From: Candidatus Poribacteria bacterium
Lineage (GTDB): Bacteria; Poribacteria; WGA-4E; PCPOR2b
DNA length: 64,000 nt
Reading direction: 5' to 3'
Assembly (NCBI GenBank): GCA_965215015.1
Contig: OZ244042.1
Coordinates: 5,152,001-5,216,000 of the forward strand
The translations under genes and the position numbers were made by a program. The notes beneath the pieces were generated by a model. The model worked only from the letters and a program-made list of their open reading frames with translations. It was not told the DNA's origin and did not search any database. Positions within the stretch are counted from its first letter, which is position 1. Every line of letters starts with the position of its first letter. This document shows, one piece after another, positions 61,865 to 64,000 of this stretch.

Positions 61865-63499
61865 ATGTATACGATTGGCGCCTCCCTCGTTAGATTAATC
61901 TTTGGAGCGATCGGCGACGAGGCGAACCGTGCGATCTCCCAAACCGTTTTTGTTGAGAATGGAGTCCCCAGGAACATTAGAGAAATTGGACTCGGTTGGG
62001 AGTTTGAAACGGGGTACATCGAAATTTATGGAAAAAAATCCCTGCTGTACGCGGGCCGTGGGATCGGCAGCAACGATTTTCATCTCAGAGCCAAGCTCGC
62101 TATCTACAGCGAAGATGATAAACCGAATCTTGTAGTTGGCACTAATAAGACGGGTATTAGTGGTTTTCGGCGTTTGAGCTACGTTTTCTGGCCCCGTGAG
62201 GTGCTGAGTCACCAGCAGATGCCCATCTCTCCCGATTGGGTAACGCCCGGCGTGCCGTTTAACTTTGAGATTGTGCGTAAGGGATTGAGGGTTGTAGTCA
62301 TCGTTGAGGGAACAGCGGTAAAGCATTTCCTGTTTGGTGGCGAACTTACGAAGGTCGGTTTCTGCTCCTATGAAGGGGTGCTGCACATACACGATTTTTA
62401 TGTTCGGGGGGAGACAATTCCGATAAGTTGGAATCGGACCCAACCGATTGCCATTTCCATTCCGACAATTGACGTATCTGAGGAGGAGCATAGGCAGGTC
62501 GTCGTGGACAAGCAGGCGGGTCAATATCTCGGTCATCCGGACACGGTGCTGATGCCAGACAACAGAACGATGTTTTGTACCTATCCGCTTGGACACGGGG
62601 GCCCAGCTGCTCTGTTGAAGAAGAGCACGGATGGCGGTCTCACTTGGAGCGATCACCTGCCTGTACCCGACAATTGGAAGACCGCGAAAAACTGCCCATG
62701 TATCCATCATCTCACCGGTCCGGACGGGGTAGAGCGTCTAATTGTTTTAGAGGGCAACGGCGATATGCGACAATCAATTTCGGTCGATAACGGTGAGACG
62801 TGGACGCCGTTTGAGCCGAATGGGTTGCACTGCATTGTCGTTCCGAACAGGATCGTACCCCTCTCGGACGGGGGGTATACCGCGATATATGTTGACCACG
62901 GGCCCAGAGCCATCGGTGATCACGTCATCATGCAGAGCGTTACCGTTGACGGTGGATTGACGTGGGAGAAGCAGCGGTTGATTGCCCAGCACGAAGACGC
63001 CCTTCTGGACGAACCGGGTGTCATCCGCTCGCCGGACGGAAAACAGATTGCAGTGGTTATGCGCGAACAGTCGCGGGCATACAACGCGATGGTTATCACC
63101 AGCGACGACGAGGGAGAGACGTGGTCGGAATGTAGGGAAGCGGCTGCCGGTGTCACCGGAGATCGGCACAACCTAGCTTATGCTCCCGATGGGAGGTTGG
63201 TGATTGTTTTCCGAGACACCGCGCTCGCGAGCTCGACGAAATTCAATTTTGTCGCATGGGTCGGTACTTACGATGATCTCGTCAACGGTCGAGAGGGAGA
63301 ATACCGTGTGCTGCTGCTACTGCATCAGGGCAACTTCCCACCCGGCGAATATGGAGACTGCGGCTATGCCGGTTTGGAGGTGCTACCGGATGGCACATTC
63401 GTCGCTACTACCTACCTCATTCACAAGCCGGGTGAGGAACACTCCGTCGTCAGTGTGCGCTTTAATCTGACGGAGTTGGATGCGCGTGCGGTGAGGTAA
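61865..63499 (+). CDS. BNR/Asp-box sialidase-family beta-propeller protein with N-terminal beta domain
   Basis: Asp boxes STDGGLTW, SVDNGETW, TVDGGLTW, SDDEGETW; YLGHP; DCGY. Confidence 0.85.
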   Translation: MYTIGASLVRLIFGAIGDEANRAISQTVFVENGVPRNIREIGLGWEFETGYIEIYGKKSLLYAGRGIGSNDFHLRAKLAIYSEDDKPNLVVGTNKTGISGFRRLSYVFWPREVLSHQQMPISPDWVTPGVPFNFEIVRKGLRVVVIVEGTAVKHFLFGGELTKVGFCSYEGVLHIHDFYVRGETIPISWNRTQPIAISIPTIDVSEEEHRQVVVDKQAGQYLGHPDTVLMPDNRTMFCTYPLGHGGPAALLKKSTDGGLTWSDHLPVPDNWKTAKNCPCIHHLTGPDGVERLIVLEGNGDMRQSISVDNGETWTPFEPNGLHCIVVPNRIVPLSDGGYTAIYVDHGPRAIGDHVIMQSVTVDGGLTWEKQRLIAQHEDALLDEPGVIRSPDGKQIAVVMREQSRAYNAMVITSDDEGETWSECREAAAGVTGDRHNLAYAPDGRLVIVFRDTALASSTKFNFVAWVGTYDDLVNGREGEYRVLLLLHQGNFPPGEYGDCGYAGLEVLPDGTFVATTYLIHKPGEEHSVVSVRFNLTELDARAVR

Positions 63500-63525
63500 G
63501 GAACGCAGGGCTGCGTTCCTTACCT
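63494..63525. terminator. Perfect 15-bp hairpin between convergent genes
   Basis: AGGTAAGGAACGCAG-GG-CTGCGTTCCTTACCT followed by a T-rich tract. Confidence 0.6.
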
Positions 63526-63547
63526 TTATTTTTTCCTTCCTACATGG

Positions 63548-64000
63548 CTACCGGTGAACTCCTTTTTCCCAATGTTGGACAAGTGGGGCAAGATCGTCCC
63601 AGAACGCTTCTGGAATTTCGAGCTCAGCGGCTTTCACATTTTCTACCGCTTCGTCAGGGGTTCGCGCCCCCGGAATCGCCGTTGTCACCTGCGGATGGCG
63701 GGTGCACCACTGCAACGCTGCAGCGAGGAGGGGAATCTCGTAGTCTCGGCAAAGTCGTTGGATCTTGGTGACATGATCCAGACACTCTTGACTGAAGTGT
63801 CGCCTTCCGTAATCCTTCCCCGGTATAGGCCCGGTCGCTAGTAATCCTACCTCAAGTGGTGTGGCACACGAGATCCCGATGTTATGTTTTTTAGCGGCGG
63901 GCAGGATGCGTTCAGCAGCTTCTTGGTTCAGCAGACTCCACGCATCGGGAACAACCGCCGCGTCAAATTCTCCTGTCTCTATGTAGGGGGTGTTGGTCGG
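63548..64000 (-). pseudogene. Aldo/keto reductase C-terminal part (runs off the window), multiply frameshifted
   Basis: Stitched translation IETGEFDA..WSLLNQ..ILPAA..GLLATGP..AALQWCTRHPQVTTAIPG..IPEAFWDDL needs about 4 single-base shifts, mostly in short homopolymers. Confidence 0.65.

Overview
Bacterial chromosomal window, moderately GC-rich, with about 45 mostly metabolic or housekeeping genes: 3 PhyH-family dioxygenases, SDRs, AKRs, Gfo/Idh/MocA enzymes, two hydantoinase-B paralogues, a BNR/sialidase-like protein, asd, adk, an OGG1-like glycosylase and a tRNA nucleotidyltransferase. This repertoire resembles Candidatus Poribacteria (inference only). The most striking signals are: (1) two tandem arrays of gene fragments. 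One is four 365-bp units carrying the 5' end of a AAA ATPase gene, joined at a GTAG-type REP hairpin (10340-11774). The other is five diverged 3'-end cassettes of a restriction-modification gene interleaved with six copies of an ~85-bp element (26180-27411). Both arrays carry the same ATCC-periodic ...GATTC(A/T)GACAA element. (2) A coupled SNF2 helicase + sacsin-like GHKL ATPase/degenerate-HNH gene pair, a candidate defence module. (3) A dense landscape of REPs and MITEs, including a REP inserted in frame inside the R-M gene. (4) Several decayed defence, TA and IS remnants. No rRNA, tRNA or CRISPR array was seen. Several frameshifts fall in homopolymers and may be sequencing errors. All family calls come from motif recognition by eye, not database searches.
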